Source: a virus. From it: a DNA stretch of 51,803 bases. Positions 44,738-51,803 of this stretch are shown one piece after another. The position numbers were made by a program, and so were the translations under genes. The DNA is taken from positions 1 through 51,803 of the IMG/VR virus record IMGVR_UViG_3300023097_000005; one strand, 5' to 3'. Position 1 is the first letter of the stretch, and each line of letters starts with the position of its first letter. The notes beneath the pieces were generated by a model. The model did not search any database and had not been told where the DNA came from. It saw nothing but the letters and a program-made list of their open reading frames with translations.

Positions 44738-45204
44738 AGCCGAGCGAACTGAAAGTGCATCCAGTCGTAATTCCGTGCCCTGCCGAGGCTCAGTGCCCCT
44801 TCTCCCTCGACAATCCTCCAAAATGGCTCATAGGCAGGCTTTGCCAGTTCCGCGCGATCCTTGCCCCATTTAAGCTGATTGCGCTCATCGTCAATATCGA
44901 CCGCCGCCCCCCATGAGTGAATCGACCAGGATGAACCGCCCCGCATCTTGCGCACGTTCAGGCACCCAGAGAACCGGTCGAGTCCCAGCGCCTGAATACG
45001 GTCAATGCCGTAGCTCTCCAGAGTCTTTGTGAAAATTCGCGTGAGCGGCTCGGCGATCTTTTCGTGGCAGGTGATGCGACTGAGCTTGGTGGATGGCTCC
45101 CAAGTGAGCTTCATCTGGTAGGGCAGCATGATCCGTGTCTGATTCTCGCCGACCGACCCAAAGAACTTGTTCATGCTGGCCGCATCCTGCTTAGGCCAAT
45201 TCAT
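44734..45204 (-). CDS. Endolysin, peptidase M15 (VanY / L-Ala-D-Glu peptidase-like)
   Basis: SWSIHSWGAAVDID (H-x6-D zinc ligands) and DWMHFQ. Confidence 0.85.
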   Translation of the reverse strand: MNWPKQDAASMNKFFGSVGENQTRIMLPYQMKLTWEPSTKLSRITCHEKIAEPLTRIFTKTLESYGIDRIQALGLDRFSGCLNVRKMRGGSSWSIHSWGAAVDIDDERNQLKWGKDRAELAKPAYEPFWRIVEGEGALSLGRARNYDWMHFQFARL

Positions 45205-45647
45205 CGCGTTTCCTCCAGATCGGGGATGGTGTTGAGCGGGCGATAGCTCTCGTCATCCCTATAGCGTTCGGACATATCACGAACAATCTGCTCATTCACA
45301 ACATGCTCTGTGCGATTCTCGTTGATTCTCTCGCTCAAATGCTGCGCCGTCTCCACGACCGTTGAGGCCGTCTGATTCTTCCACTCGTAGACCAATCGGC
45401 CTGTGACCATGAAAACCACGATGGCCCCGATGACGTAAAAGGCGTTGTTCGTAAAGCTCGTAAAGCTCGTCATCGAATGCTCTGGCAAGGAGTACAAATG
45501 CCAAACCGCCCAACGCCACATCAGCAGCACGATGGTGATTCCAAGACACGAAAGAGCCATGCGCTGCCACGGCAGACGTTCCTTCCCGCGCTGGCGAACG
45601 ACTTGCTTTGGAGCATCTGGGGACTCGACTGAAATCTCGGTCTTCAT
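45201..45647 (-). CDS. Holin candidate (two-TM membrane protein)
   Basis: TM segments LSCLGITIVLLMWRWAVW and AFYVIGAIVVFMVTGRLV. ATGA-coupled directly upstream of the endolysin. Confidence 0.5.
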   Translation of the reverse strand: MKTEISVESPDAPKQVVRQRGKERLPWQRMALSCLGITIVLLMWRWAVWHLYSLPEHSMTSFTSFTNNAFYVIGAIVVFMVTGRLVYEWKNQTASTVVETAQHLSERINENRTEHVVNEQIVRDMSERYRDDESYRPLNTIPDLEETR

Positions 45648-45823
45648 TGCTTGCTCAGACTATTTTCCCGAATGAGTTCTTGGCAACGCTCGCGAATCTC
45701 GTCCAGATCAGAAATCGTCCGATGACTTTCAAGGTCAAGGACTTCGTTGAAACTGTATCCGAAAAGCACAAGGATGCGCTCTACCGCTTCGTGGATTGTT
45801 TCAGAATCGCCGTTGTCTCTCAT
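45644..45823 (-). CDS. Small hypothetical protein
   Basis: Start MRDNGDSETIHEAV. Its stop is coupled to the holin start. Confidence 0.4.
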   Translation of the reverse strand: MRDNGDSETIHEAVERILVLFGYSFNEVLDLESHRTISDLDEIRERCQELIRENSLSKQ

Positions 45824-45851
45824 TTGTGGATGCCTTTGGAGGTTTCGTCGC

Positions 45852-46079
45852 TCATGCGGGTTGAGATTTAACCTTCGGAACAGGAGCGGCATCAGCACAT
45901 TCTTTGCAAAAGTGGAGCGGCCCTTTCATGTATCGTTCACGCTTCATCCCGCCTGTCTTCTTTAGATGACTGTCAAAGCTCCGGCGGGAAGATTCCACCT
46001 CCGATGGCCTTGGTTCGGCTCTGGCCAATTCCTTTTCACACCCATCGCATATCCAGAGCATTGTCGTTTTAAGGCTCAT
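45852..46079 (-). CDS. Zn-ribbon protein
   Basis: CDGCEKE...CKEC. Confidence 0.5.
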   Translation of the reverse strand: MSLKTTMLWICDGCEKELARAEPRPSEVESSRRSFDSHLKKTGGMKRERYMKGPLHFCKECADAAPVPKVKSQPA

Positions 46080-46083
46080 AAAT

Positions 46084-46170
46084 TCAATCCCCTCTCGGCC
46101 TCAGCCCAGCGATCCAGACGCATGCGCCGAGAAGGCAGAGGATGGCGGCGAGGGTGTTGAGGAGGGTCAT
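46084..46170 (-). CDS. Tiny hydrophobic ORF (28 aa)
   Basis: MTLLNTLAAILCLLGACVWIAGLRPRGD, ATGA-coupled. Confidence 0.25.
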   Translation of the reverse strand: MTLLNTLAAILCLLGACVWIAGLRPRGD

Positions 46171-46406
46171 TGGTCTGCGCGAATATACCCAGTTCCACTG
46201 GAGTCAACTTTGAAGGATGGTCCGACCTTGGTGACACATTCAAATGCCGCCTCTTCGTAGCCATCATCGCCGGGGTGGAGTTCTTTAAATATCCTTTCCT
46301 CTGAAGGCGGCATCTCGCAAATGGCGAACCATAGTCCTTCAATCCACCAGCGAAAACGAGTCCTGAATGGAACGGGTACAGAGACGGTTTTGTATCGAGT
46401 GTTCAT
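46167..46406 (-). CDS. Hypothetical protein
   Basis: Start MNTRYKTVSVPV, ATGA-coupled to the spanin-like stop. Confidence 0.45.
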   Translation of the reverse strand: MNTRYKTVSVPVPFRTRFRWWIEGLWFAICEMPPSEERIFKELHPGDDGYEEAAFECVTKVGPSFKVDSSGTGYIRADQ

Positions 46407-47050
46407 GGTTTGAAAAGGAGGTAAGCCATGATCGCGCATCCCAACGTAGCACCGCTCCCCCACAGCACCAGCCAGCCCAGTTTCTTCTCAGCTTTCATTC
46501 GCCCCTCGCGCTCCTTGTCGGCCAGATCAGCGTTGGCGTTCGTCGCTTGGGTCTTGGCTTCATCCTGATCCTTCAGACTTTGCAGCAGCCCCGTAAGCTC
46601 GTCCTGCCGTGCGCCAGCGGTGGCCGCATCGGCCTTGGCCCCCTGCACGCCCGCATTCGTCTCCTCGCCCGCCTTCTCCGCATCAGCCAGCGCAGGTACC
46701 GTCTCCGTTTCGTGCAGTTCTTTCAACGCGCCGATCTGCACTTGTAGCTTCTCCACTTCCGGTCGCATATCAGGCGCAGCCGCCTTGAACAGCACCGCCG
46801 CTTGTTCGCTCAGGGCCACGAGCGATTTGCTCTCGTAGTTAGCCGATAGCCGCGCACGCCCGACTGAACCGCGCTGGCGATTGTTCGCTTCCTCAATGGC
46901 CTTGACGCGCTTGACCACGCTAGCCACCGCGACCCTAGCAGCTTCGTGCGTCTTCTCCGCTGGCGAGAAGTCGGCGCGCTCAACCCGAATCGGCTTGTTC
47001 GATTGGCACCCCGCGAGAGCTAGGCAGAGCAGGAGAGCGGCGGGGCGCAT
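46403..47050 (-). CDS. Unimolecular spanin (u-spanin)-like protein: lipoprotein signal plus C-terminal TM
   Basis: MRPAALLLCLALAGCQSN (lipobox LAGC), a helical/coiled middle, and a C-terminal TM segment LGWLVLWGSGATLGCAIMAYLLF. Confidence 0.55.
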   Translation of the reverse strand: MRPAALLLCLALAGCQSNKPIRVERADFSPAEKTHEAARVAVASVVKRVKAIEEANNRQRGSVGRARLSANYESKSLVALSEQAAVLFKAAAPDMRPEVEKLQVQIGALKELHETETVPALADAEKAGEETNAGVQGAKADAATAGARQDELTGLLQSLKDQDEAKTQATNANADLADKEREGRMKAEKKLGWLVLWGSGATLGCAIMAYLLFKP

Positions 47051-47259
47051 TACCGTATTTCCATGCAGCACTCGATTGGAATTTCAACGCAGAGATCAAC
47101 GGTTGCGAACCCATGCTTTCCGTCGCTCCACAGGGAATGAATAGTTTGCTCCGTTCCTACAAGCCGAGTGGTTCGGTCGATTGCCGTCTTCTCGAAACCC
47201 AAAGCCTCCAAATGATTGCGAAGACTTGGCAGGATTTTCACCCTTGAACCTACATTCAT
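47050..47259 (-). CDS. Hypothetical protein
   Basis: 69-aa ORF with a TAATG overlap to the next gene. Confidence 0.45.
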   Translation of the reverse strand: MNVGSRVKILPSLRNHLEALGFEKTAIDRTTRLVGTEQTIHSLWSDGKHGFATVDLCVEIPIECCMEIR

Positions 47260-47296
47260 GCCCGCATCATGCCGAACTCCAAGCGGTTGGCAAGCC

Positions 47297-47428
47297 TTAT
47301 CGCGGCACCATCAGCGCGATACAAAGCAGCAGCACCGCTATCCAGAGTGGAATTTTCCCCGTGATCCCGCTGATGAGCGTGAGGACAAAAGCGATGAGAA
47401 CGAGCGAGAGAGTGATAGTCATGGTCAT
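47297..47428 (-). CDS. Small double-TM peptide (43 aa), possible holin/antiholin-type
   Basis: MTMTITLSLVLIAFVLTLISGITGKIPLWIAVLLLCIALMVPR, below the ORF-track cutoff. Confidence 0.35.
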   Translation of the reverse strand: MTMTITLSLVLIAFVLTLISGITGKIPLWIAVLLLCIALMVPR

Positions 47429-47446
47429 ACGGTGGAATCGCGCCTC

Positions 47447-47830
47447 CTACTGCTGCCGGTTGCGCCAGTAGGCTCTTTCGACTGGGCCGAATCGCCCCTC
47501 GATCTGCGTCAGGTAAGCCGTATTGGAGTCCAGTTGGAACTTTGCATCCCATTTCCAGTCTTCCAATCGGGAAATCCGCGTGTCGAGACGATCCGCCTTA
47601 TTGCCCTGATCGCCATGCACGCGCCGAACTTCTTCCTGAAGCTGGCTGATCGTGGCCTCGTAGGAGGAGAACTTGGCCGATAGCCACCATACGCCGCCGA
47701 TGATGCTGCCTGCGCCGACAAATGCACCAATGAGGAACGCCCAGAAAAGACGGCCCACGACCTGATTGGCAATGGCGGTCGCGCGGGATTTCACAATGGA
47801 TTCGATGTGTTCTTCTTCGTTTTCGCTCAT
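47447..47830 (-). CDS. Membrane-anchored coiled-coil protein
   Basis: TM segment LFWAFLIGAFVGAGSIIGGVWWL followed by a coiled coil. Confidence 0.5.
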   Translation of the reverse strand: MSENEEEHIESIVKSRATAIANQVVGRLFWAFLIGAFVGAGSIIGGVWWLSAKFSSYEATISQLQEEVRRVHGDQGNKADRLDTRISRLEDWKWDAKFQLDSNTAYLTQIEGRFGPVERAYWRNRQQ

Positions 47831-47835
47831 AGTGG

Positions 47836-48231
47836 TTATTTGTTGAGGGCTTCGGATTCTCCTCCTTTATACCGCAGGCTCACGCTGGCGAGCAAAATAC
47901 CCGCCGCGTTTTTCATGTCCTTCGCTGAAGTCGGGTCATTCAGGATGTCCTCCAGCATGGAGTAGAGCTTATTGACTTCGTGCCACGCGAGGTTCTCGGC
48001 CTCGTATTTCTCCAGCAGATCATCCAGTTCAGGGGTGTGGGGTGAATGAAGTACGCGCACGGCTTTCTTGCCCATAGTCTGGAACGAATCCCGAATCCAG
48101 CCGATGTCCGTCTCGATCTTGGTCAGGCGATCCCCATGGGAAAAGGATTTGCTGAGGAGAAAGGCTATCGTGGGGGCGACGATAAAGGTCAGGAAAAGAC
48201 CTATTCCCCACATGACAACGACCTTATCCAT
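47836..48231 (-). CDS. N-terminally anchored membrane protein
   Basis: TM segment VVMWGIGLFLTFIVAPTIAFLL. Confidence 0.5.
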   Translation of the reverse strand: MDKVVVMWGIGLFLTFIVAPTIAFLLSKSFSHGDRLTKIETDIGWIRDSFQTMGKKAVRVLHSPHTPELDDLLEKYEAENLAWHEVNKLYSMLEDILNDPTSAKDMKNAAGILLASVSLRYKGGESEALNK

Positions 48232-48637
48232 GCGGTTCCTTGGGAATGATGACCGCCATGACCTTCAGCCCTTTTGGAGTCATGCGGGGCTCCAGGACAA
48301 TCCGCACGGGGATTTCCTTGCCGCTCTTGTGCTTGGCCTTCAGTTCCATCTCCTCGCCCATCGGACGGGAGCGGGGCTTGTCGGCAAAGCCGTTGCGATG
48401 TTTGACATGCGTCTCCTTGGAAACATCTGGCACCAGAATCTCGATCATTTGCCCGACCAGTTCGGAGCGATGATAACCGAACAGAAACTCGGCGGCGATG
48501 TTGGCCAGTTCAATGGAGAAATCCTGTGAGACCACAATCGTGGCAACTGGTGAATGTTCCACCATCCACGTCAGGCTGGCGGGGTCAATCAGTTGGCGCT
48601 TGGCCGTATCGACAATGGCCTGATCTTCAGGGTTCAT
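48224..48637 (-). CDS. Stand-alone PAS-domain protein
   Basis: SPVATIVVSQDFSIELANIAAEFLFGYHRSELVGQMIEILVP...HVKHRNGF...RPMGEEMELKAKHKSGKEIPVRIVLEP matches the PAS S-box pattern (N.AA..lFGY...EL.G; R.mG....l.a.rKdG.e.PV.i.l.P). Confidence 0.75.
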   Translation of the reverse strand: MNPEDQAIVDTAKRQLIDPASLTWMVEHSPVATIVVSQDFSIELANIAAEFLFGYHRSELVGQMIEILVPDVSKETHVKHRNGFADKPRSRPMGEEMELKAKHKSGKEIPVRIVLEPRMTPKGLKVMAVIIPKEPHG

Positions 48638-48804
48638 GGGGCTTCTCTTGGTGTTGGACGATCATTAATTTCATCTGCCGCATCTCTAGCGCCATCCAGA
48701 GTTGGACGACCAGCAGAACGACGAAGGCCAAAAGCAGCAGGGTCTTTAGACATTGGCGTTTCCTCTCACGCTCAGGCCGGTTCGTGGGTGAAGAGTGGAA
48801 CACA

Positions 48805-49755
48805 TCACAGGGTCGTTTCTTCTGCGGTGATAAGGGCGAAAACGGGTGTGCCAAGCGCATTGACCGACCGTAGGCGCGCGTAATATCCAGCGGGCACGAA
48901 GGCGCTGATCTGAGCCACGACTGTATCGGTGTTGGAAAAGGCGATAGCCAGACCGACAAGTTGCGAGTTCGCCACTCGACCCGCTTCCTTCCAGTCGGAG
49001 GCGGTGACAGAATTAGTGGCTGCCACTTCCAGAACCACGTAACCAGAGACGGATGTAACGACTCCAATCTGCACGGTACAAGCCACGCTGACCGAATAGC
49101 GAACGACAGAATTAAGGGTGGCGCTGACTTGCCAGCCGTTGGCCGCTGCTGCGACCGTGACGATGGAGCGCGCAGCGGTTCGGTTGATCGTCCATGCAAT
49201 CCCTGCTGTTACGCGGCCCTTGGTATCGACCGTTACCGTCGAGTACGTTCCTGCGCTGACTCCGGTCAAGGTGAGCGTGGGATTCGGGTAGGTTCCAGTC
49301 AGGTCGCCTCCCGCGCTTCCTGATGGCGCAAGGGAGGTTGGCAGTGTAGCGAGCGCTCCATCCCCGCGAACATATTGCAGAGTCGTTCCAACAGGAGTGG
49401 CGAACTTCGCATCCAGAGCGGTCTGTAATCCCGTGACGGTCGAGATGGACTGAACACCCGTATGATTCGCACGCTGAATGGCATACGCCTGTGCTGCGTT
49501 GGCCTTGGTAGTGGCATCTGTTGCTGCTGCGCTCGTGGCTGCTGATTGAGCGGCGTTTGCTTTGCTAGTCGCGTCACTGGAGGCCGTGGAGATTGCGGCG
49601 GACTGAGCCGCGCTGCTCTTGCTGGTGGCGTCTGTAGCGGCACTGGCCAGCGTCGAGGCATCCCCTGAGATGCGTGCGGATGTCTCCGAATCCAGTGCGG
49701 TGGTGCGCGAGAGCGTGTCAGGAAAGTTGCTGCCCGGTACTTGAAAGTCGCTCAT
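48805..49755 (-). CDS. Tail fibre protein
   Basis: Start [12 protein letters not shown]-coupled. Ala/Ser/Thr 19-aa repeats, [23 protein letters not shown], and [12 protein letters not shown]...[21 protein letters not shown] are classic tail-fibre motifs. Confidence 0.85.
   Translation of the reverse strand: MSDFQVPGSNFPDTLSRTTALDSETSARISGDASTLASAATDATSKSSAAQSAAISTASSDATSKANAAQSAATSAAATDATTKANAAQAYAIQRANHTGVQSISTVTGLQTALDAKFATPVGTTLQYVRGDGALATLPTSLAPSGSAGGDLTGTYPNPTLTLTGVSAGTYSTVTVDTKGRVTAGIAWTINRTAARSIVTVAAAANGWQVSATLNSVVRYSVSVACTVQIGVVTSVSGYVVLEVAATNSVTASDWKEAGRVANSQLVGLAIAFSNTDTVVAQISAFVPAGYYARLRSVNALGTPVFALITAEETTL
49465..49635 (-). repeat. Three imperfect 57-bp (19-aa) tandem repeats inside the tail fibre gene
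   Basis: [19 protein letters not shown] / [19 protein letters not shown] / [19 protein letters not shown]. Confidence 0.7.
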
Positions 49756-50213
49756 GCATTCCAATGGGGTAAGGACAACATCTGCGCTTTCAATGCCGCC
49801 AATTCCGTGTCTCCTGCAACGTCGATATCCGATATGAACTGCTTTAGCCTGGAGCGCATTATTCCGCAATCCGGTCCATAGGATTTGAAAAACGTGGTGG
49901 CTGCTGAGAATTGCGACATCACCCGCGCGAACTTCGCATCAGAAGTGATCTTTTCGACCAGGAAGATGAGCGCCTTTTGGAGTGTATCGGCATACGTCGC
50001 GCATTCGTCCAGCGCTCCAAGGCGGAACCATGTTGGCCCAGCACTGGCATCAAAGAACTTGTCTTTCGCCAGCGGATTTGGGCCAAGTGTGAACAACTGC
50101 GCATACTGCGGGTCGGTCAGCGTCGTGATCGTCTGACCATCGACCGCTGAGCGGTTGTCTGTGAACGGACCTATGAATCGTCCGCTAGAGTATAGGAGAA
50201 TTTTCTGGCTCAT
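49752..50213 (-). CDS. Hypothetical tail-module protein
   Basis: 153-aa ORF between the tailspike-associated gene and the tail fibre, ATGA-coupled. Confidence 0.5.
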   Translation of the reverse strand: MSQKILLYSSGRFIGPFTDNRSAVDGQTITTLTDPQYAQLFTLGPNPLAKDKFFDASAGPTWFRLGALDECATYADTLQKALIFLVEKITSDAKFARVMSQFSAATTFFKSYGPDCGIMRSRLKQFISDIDVAGDTELAALKAQMLSLPHWNA

Positions 50214-50755
50214 GGCGTGATGTCGAGCAGGGTGATGTAGGACGTGCCCAGGAAGGTGGTGCCGCTTGGGGAAGAGGAATCCTGGGCTACGCCGAGATAT
50301 ATTGAACCTGAGGCGGAGCAGACGAAGGTGCTTTCCATCAAGATGGTTCCCACACTTGCGCTTCCTCCGTCAGGAGCCACCTGAGTTTCAAAGAATCCAC
50401 CAGTGATATTCGTGAACTCTTTTACCGTAATTGTGCTTATATCAATTTGCGTAACTGAGGCGTCCCACTTGGAGGCGGAGGCGATACCATCGCTGAAAAA
50501 CTGCACGCTGATTCCATTGTCAGTGACGTATCGCAGAGCAACGTCAAGTTGGTATTGTCGCCCCGCAGTGACGGGGAAACTGATGAACGAATGATCAGCG
50601 GGAGATGTGCTGCTGACGATGGGCAGGTCTGCTGCCGGTCGGAAGTAACGCACGGCGCTAGAAATGTCTCCAAGATTTTTGGTGGTGATGAAAACTGCGT
50701 CATTGACCGATGGATAGGTAGCGTCACCTCCCGTCCAGTAAATATGGGTGCTCAT
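50210..50755 (-). CDS. Hypothetical beta-rich tail-module protein
   Basis: 181-aa ORF, ATGA-coupled to the tailspike stop. Confidence 0.5.
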   Translation of the reverse strand: MSTHIYWTGGDATYPSVNDAVFITTKNLGDISSAVRYFRPAADLPIVSSTSPADHSFISFPVTAGRQYQLDVALRYVTDNGISVQFFSDGIASASKWDASVTQIDISTITVKEFTNITGGFFETQVAPDGGSASVGTILMESTFVCSASGSIYLGVAQDSSSPSGTTFLGTSYITLLDITP

Positions 50756-51803
50756 ATCACGTTTGTGTCCACGGTGAATGGTCCGACCAATACAGTGACA
50801 TTGGCATTAGCAGCCCGATTGGAATAAGCGCTGTAGGAGACGATATTTTGCGCCGTCCCCGCAGCAATGGAATCCGCACCGACGTTGGCGACCAGTGTTG
50901 TTCCCGCCCCCAGCACGCAAGTACCGCCCGACTTTGTGATCGGGCTGGTTGTAGCCACTGCCGCCGTGTTGATGGTCGGTGCATTGAGTCGCAGGGTGCA
51001 GCCTGTTCCGACCGAAAACCCCTTGCTGGTCGCGGCTGTCCATTGACCGCCATTGATAACGCACAGGGAGGTGTCGGAATCGTTCGTGAGTTTCACCATC
51101 TCGGCGGTATTCCCAACGTCATCAAGGAACTCCTGCGAGGTGTATTCCAGCGAGCCGCCAGAAATGGCGATGTTGCAACTGGCGTTCTTCTGGCAGGTGA
51201 TCCAAACCAAGCCGGTGTCGATTTGAATGCGGCCATCGGTAGGAGAGACCCCGCCAAGCACGCCGAACTTGTTGGCGGTAAGATAGACCTTCCCGCCGGA
51301 GCCAAGGAACAACGAATTACCTCCGCGAAACTCAAAAGCCTCAATCCACATTTGCGCAGTCGGTTGCGTAGAGGCAATCCACTGGATCAGCAATCCATTG
51401 GCAGGGGCAAGCAAGCTGTTCGCCCGAATCCACAGCGCCCCGTTAATTGCATCCGCATTAGCGTCCACGTTGCCCACAACGGCCTGCCCAACTGCATTGC
51501 TAATCGCTTCAATCGTGAAGGCATAAATATCGCACCGCCCGCGCTCCCAATAAACAGGCGAGCCGTTGGTCGAAAGAATGCGGTTGCTGTGAACCTCCAT
51601 GCGCCCCTTGCCAGCCCAAATGGCTACAGGATATTCATTTGAAGGTGTGATGACCGTTGTTTCATCCGAGAGGAGGTTGGAATAGATGGTGATGAACGAC
51701 CCGGCGTTGGTCTGGTTGATGACCGTGCCGAAGACCCACGCTCCCACCTGCGGATTGATTGGCGCACCCGTGTTGCGGAAGGAGTCCCCTCGAATAACGC
51801 ATG
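50752..51803 (-). CDS. Tailspike / beta-helix protein, C-terminal part (continuation of 1..581)
   Basis: The ORF is open to the window edge. The track ORF 50752..51747 starts at an internal Met (MGAWVFGTVINQ...), and that peptide also appears in the minus translation of 1..127. The sequence is Gly/Asn/Ala-rich with repetitive beta-strand character. Confidence 0.8.
   Translation of the reverse strand, partial: CVIRGDSFRNTGAPINPQVGAWVFGTVINQTNAGSFITIYSNLLSDETTVITPSNEYPVAIWAGKGRMEVHSNRILSTNGSPVYWERGRCDIYAFTIEAISNAVGQAVVGNVDANADAINGALWIRANSLLAPANGLLIQWIASTQPTAQMWIEAFEFRGGNSLFLGSGGKVYLTANKFGVLGGVSPTDGRIQIDTGLVWITCQKNASCNIAISGGSLEYTSQEFLDDVGNTAEMVKLTNDSDTSLCVINGGQWTAATSKGFSVGTGCTLRLNAPTINTAAVATTSPITKSGGTCVLGAGTTLVANVGADSIAAGTAQNIVSYSAYSNRAANANVTVLVGPFTVDTNVI
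51677..51803. repeat. Second copy of the 127-nt terminal overlap
   Basis: Identical to 1..127 by direct comparison. Confidence 0.95.

Noticed and set aside
48627-49199. 190-aa minus-strand ORF overlapping the tail fibre 3-prime end. Its last 40 aa include a TM-like stretch (LLLLAFVVLLVVQLW) just upstream of the PAS gene.
   Set aside because: Most of it is out of frame with the tail fibre gene. The TM-like tail has no in-frame ATG/GTG start after the fibre stop that I could verify, so it is not called.
50848-51642. 264-aa plus-strand ORF. The same reasoning applies to 14239..15069 and 12707..13327.
   Set aside because: They are antisense to well-supported genes (tailspike, TerL, portal) and are shadow ORFs.
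1-51803. Search for CRISPR arrays, integrase/excisionase, CI/Cro-type repressor, reverse transcriptase/DGR, toxin-antitoxin pairs and known defence or anti-defence genes.
   Set aside because: I found no spaced direct repeats and no R..H..R..Y recombinase-like, RT (YxDD) or other recognisable motifs in any ORF translation. Absence by eye is not proof.

Overview
This window is one complete, circularly assembled tailed-phage genome. The first 127 nt are repeated exactly as the last 127 nt, so the unique unit is 51,676 bp. A tailspike gene is split across the window ends. No tail tube, sheath or tape-measure set is visible, so the phage looks podovirus-like.

Genome layout:
- **Late operon.** One very long minus-strand operon runs 23052 -> 585, wraps the junction, and continues 51803 -> 44577. 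In order it encodes three unknown virion-type proteins, a 1562-aa coiled-coil giant, TerL, a Cys-rich protein, portal, scaffold and a ~7.6 kb sugar-modification/glycosyltransferase cassette interrupted by two nuclease-type genes. It continues with the putative major capsid protein, a beta-helix tailspike, a tail fibre, a stand-alone PAS-domain protein, several small membrane proteins and a lysis block. The lysis block holds a u-spanin-like lipoprotein, a holin candidate and an M15 endolysin.
- **Structural plus-strand arm.** 23035-25827 encodes a 686-aa repeat protein plus two small proteins.
- **Other blocks.** 28.2-32.4 kb (+) is a block of small early genes. 42446 -> 32454 (-) is a replication/DNA-metabolism block with a replisome organiser, DnaC-like loader, DNA methyltransferase, ASCH domain, frameshifted RusA-like gene, HNH nuclease and an SSB-tail protein. 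42.6-44.2 kb (+) holds two HNH-motif genes and a canonical tRNA-Gly(UCC).
- **Absent.** I found no integrase, repressor, DNA polymerase, CRISPR array or reverse transcriptase.

Genes are packed by ATGA/TAATG/GTGA stop-start overlaps, and Shine-Dalgarno motifs are essentially absent. GC looks mid-50s % by eye (not computed).

The most notable items are the late-operon glycan cassette (candidate virion glycosylation), a tRNA-like element embedded in-frame in one of its ORFs, the phage PAS protein, the giant protein upstream of terL, and an 843-bp ORF-poor region with palindromes and iterated 9-mers.

All functional calls rest on motif recognition and synteny from reading the translations. No database search was run.
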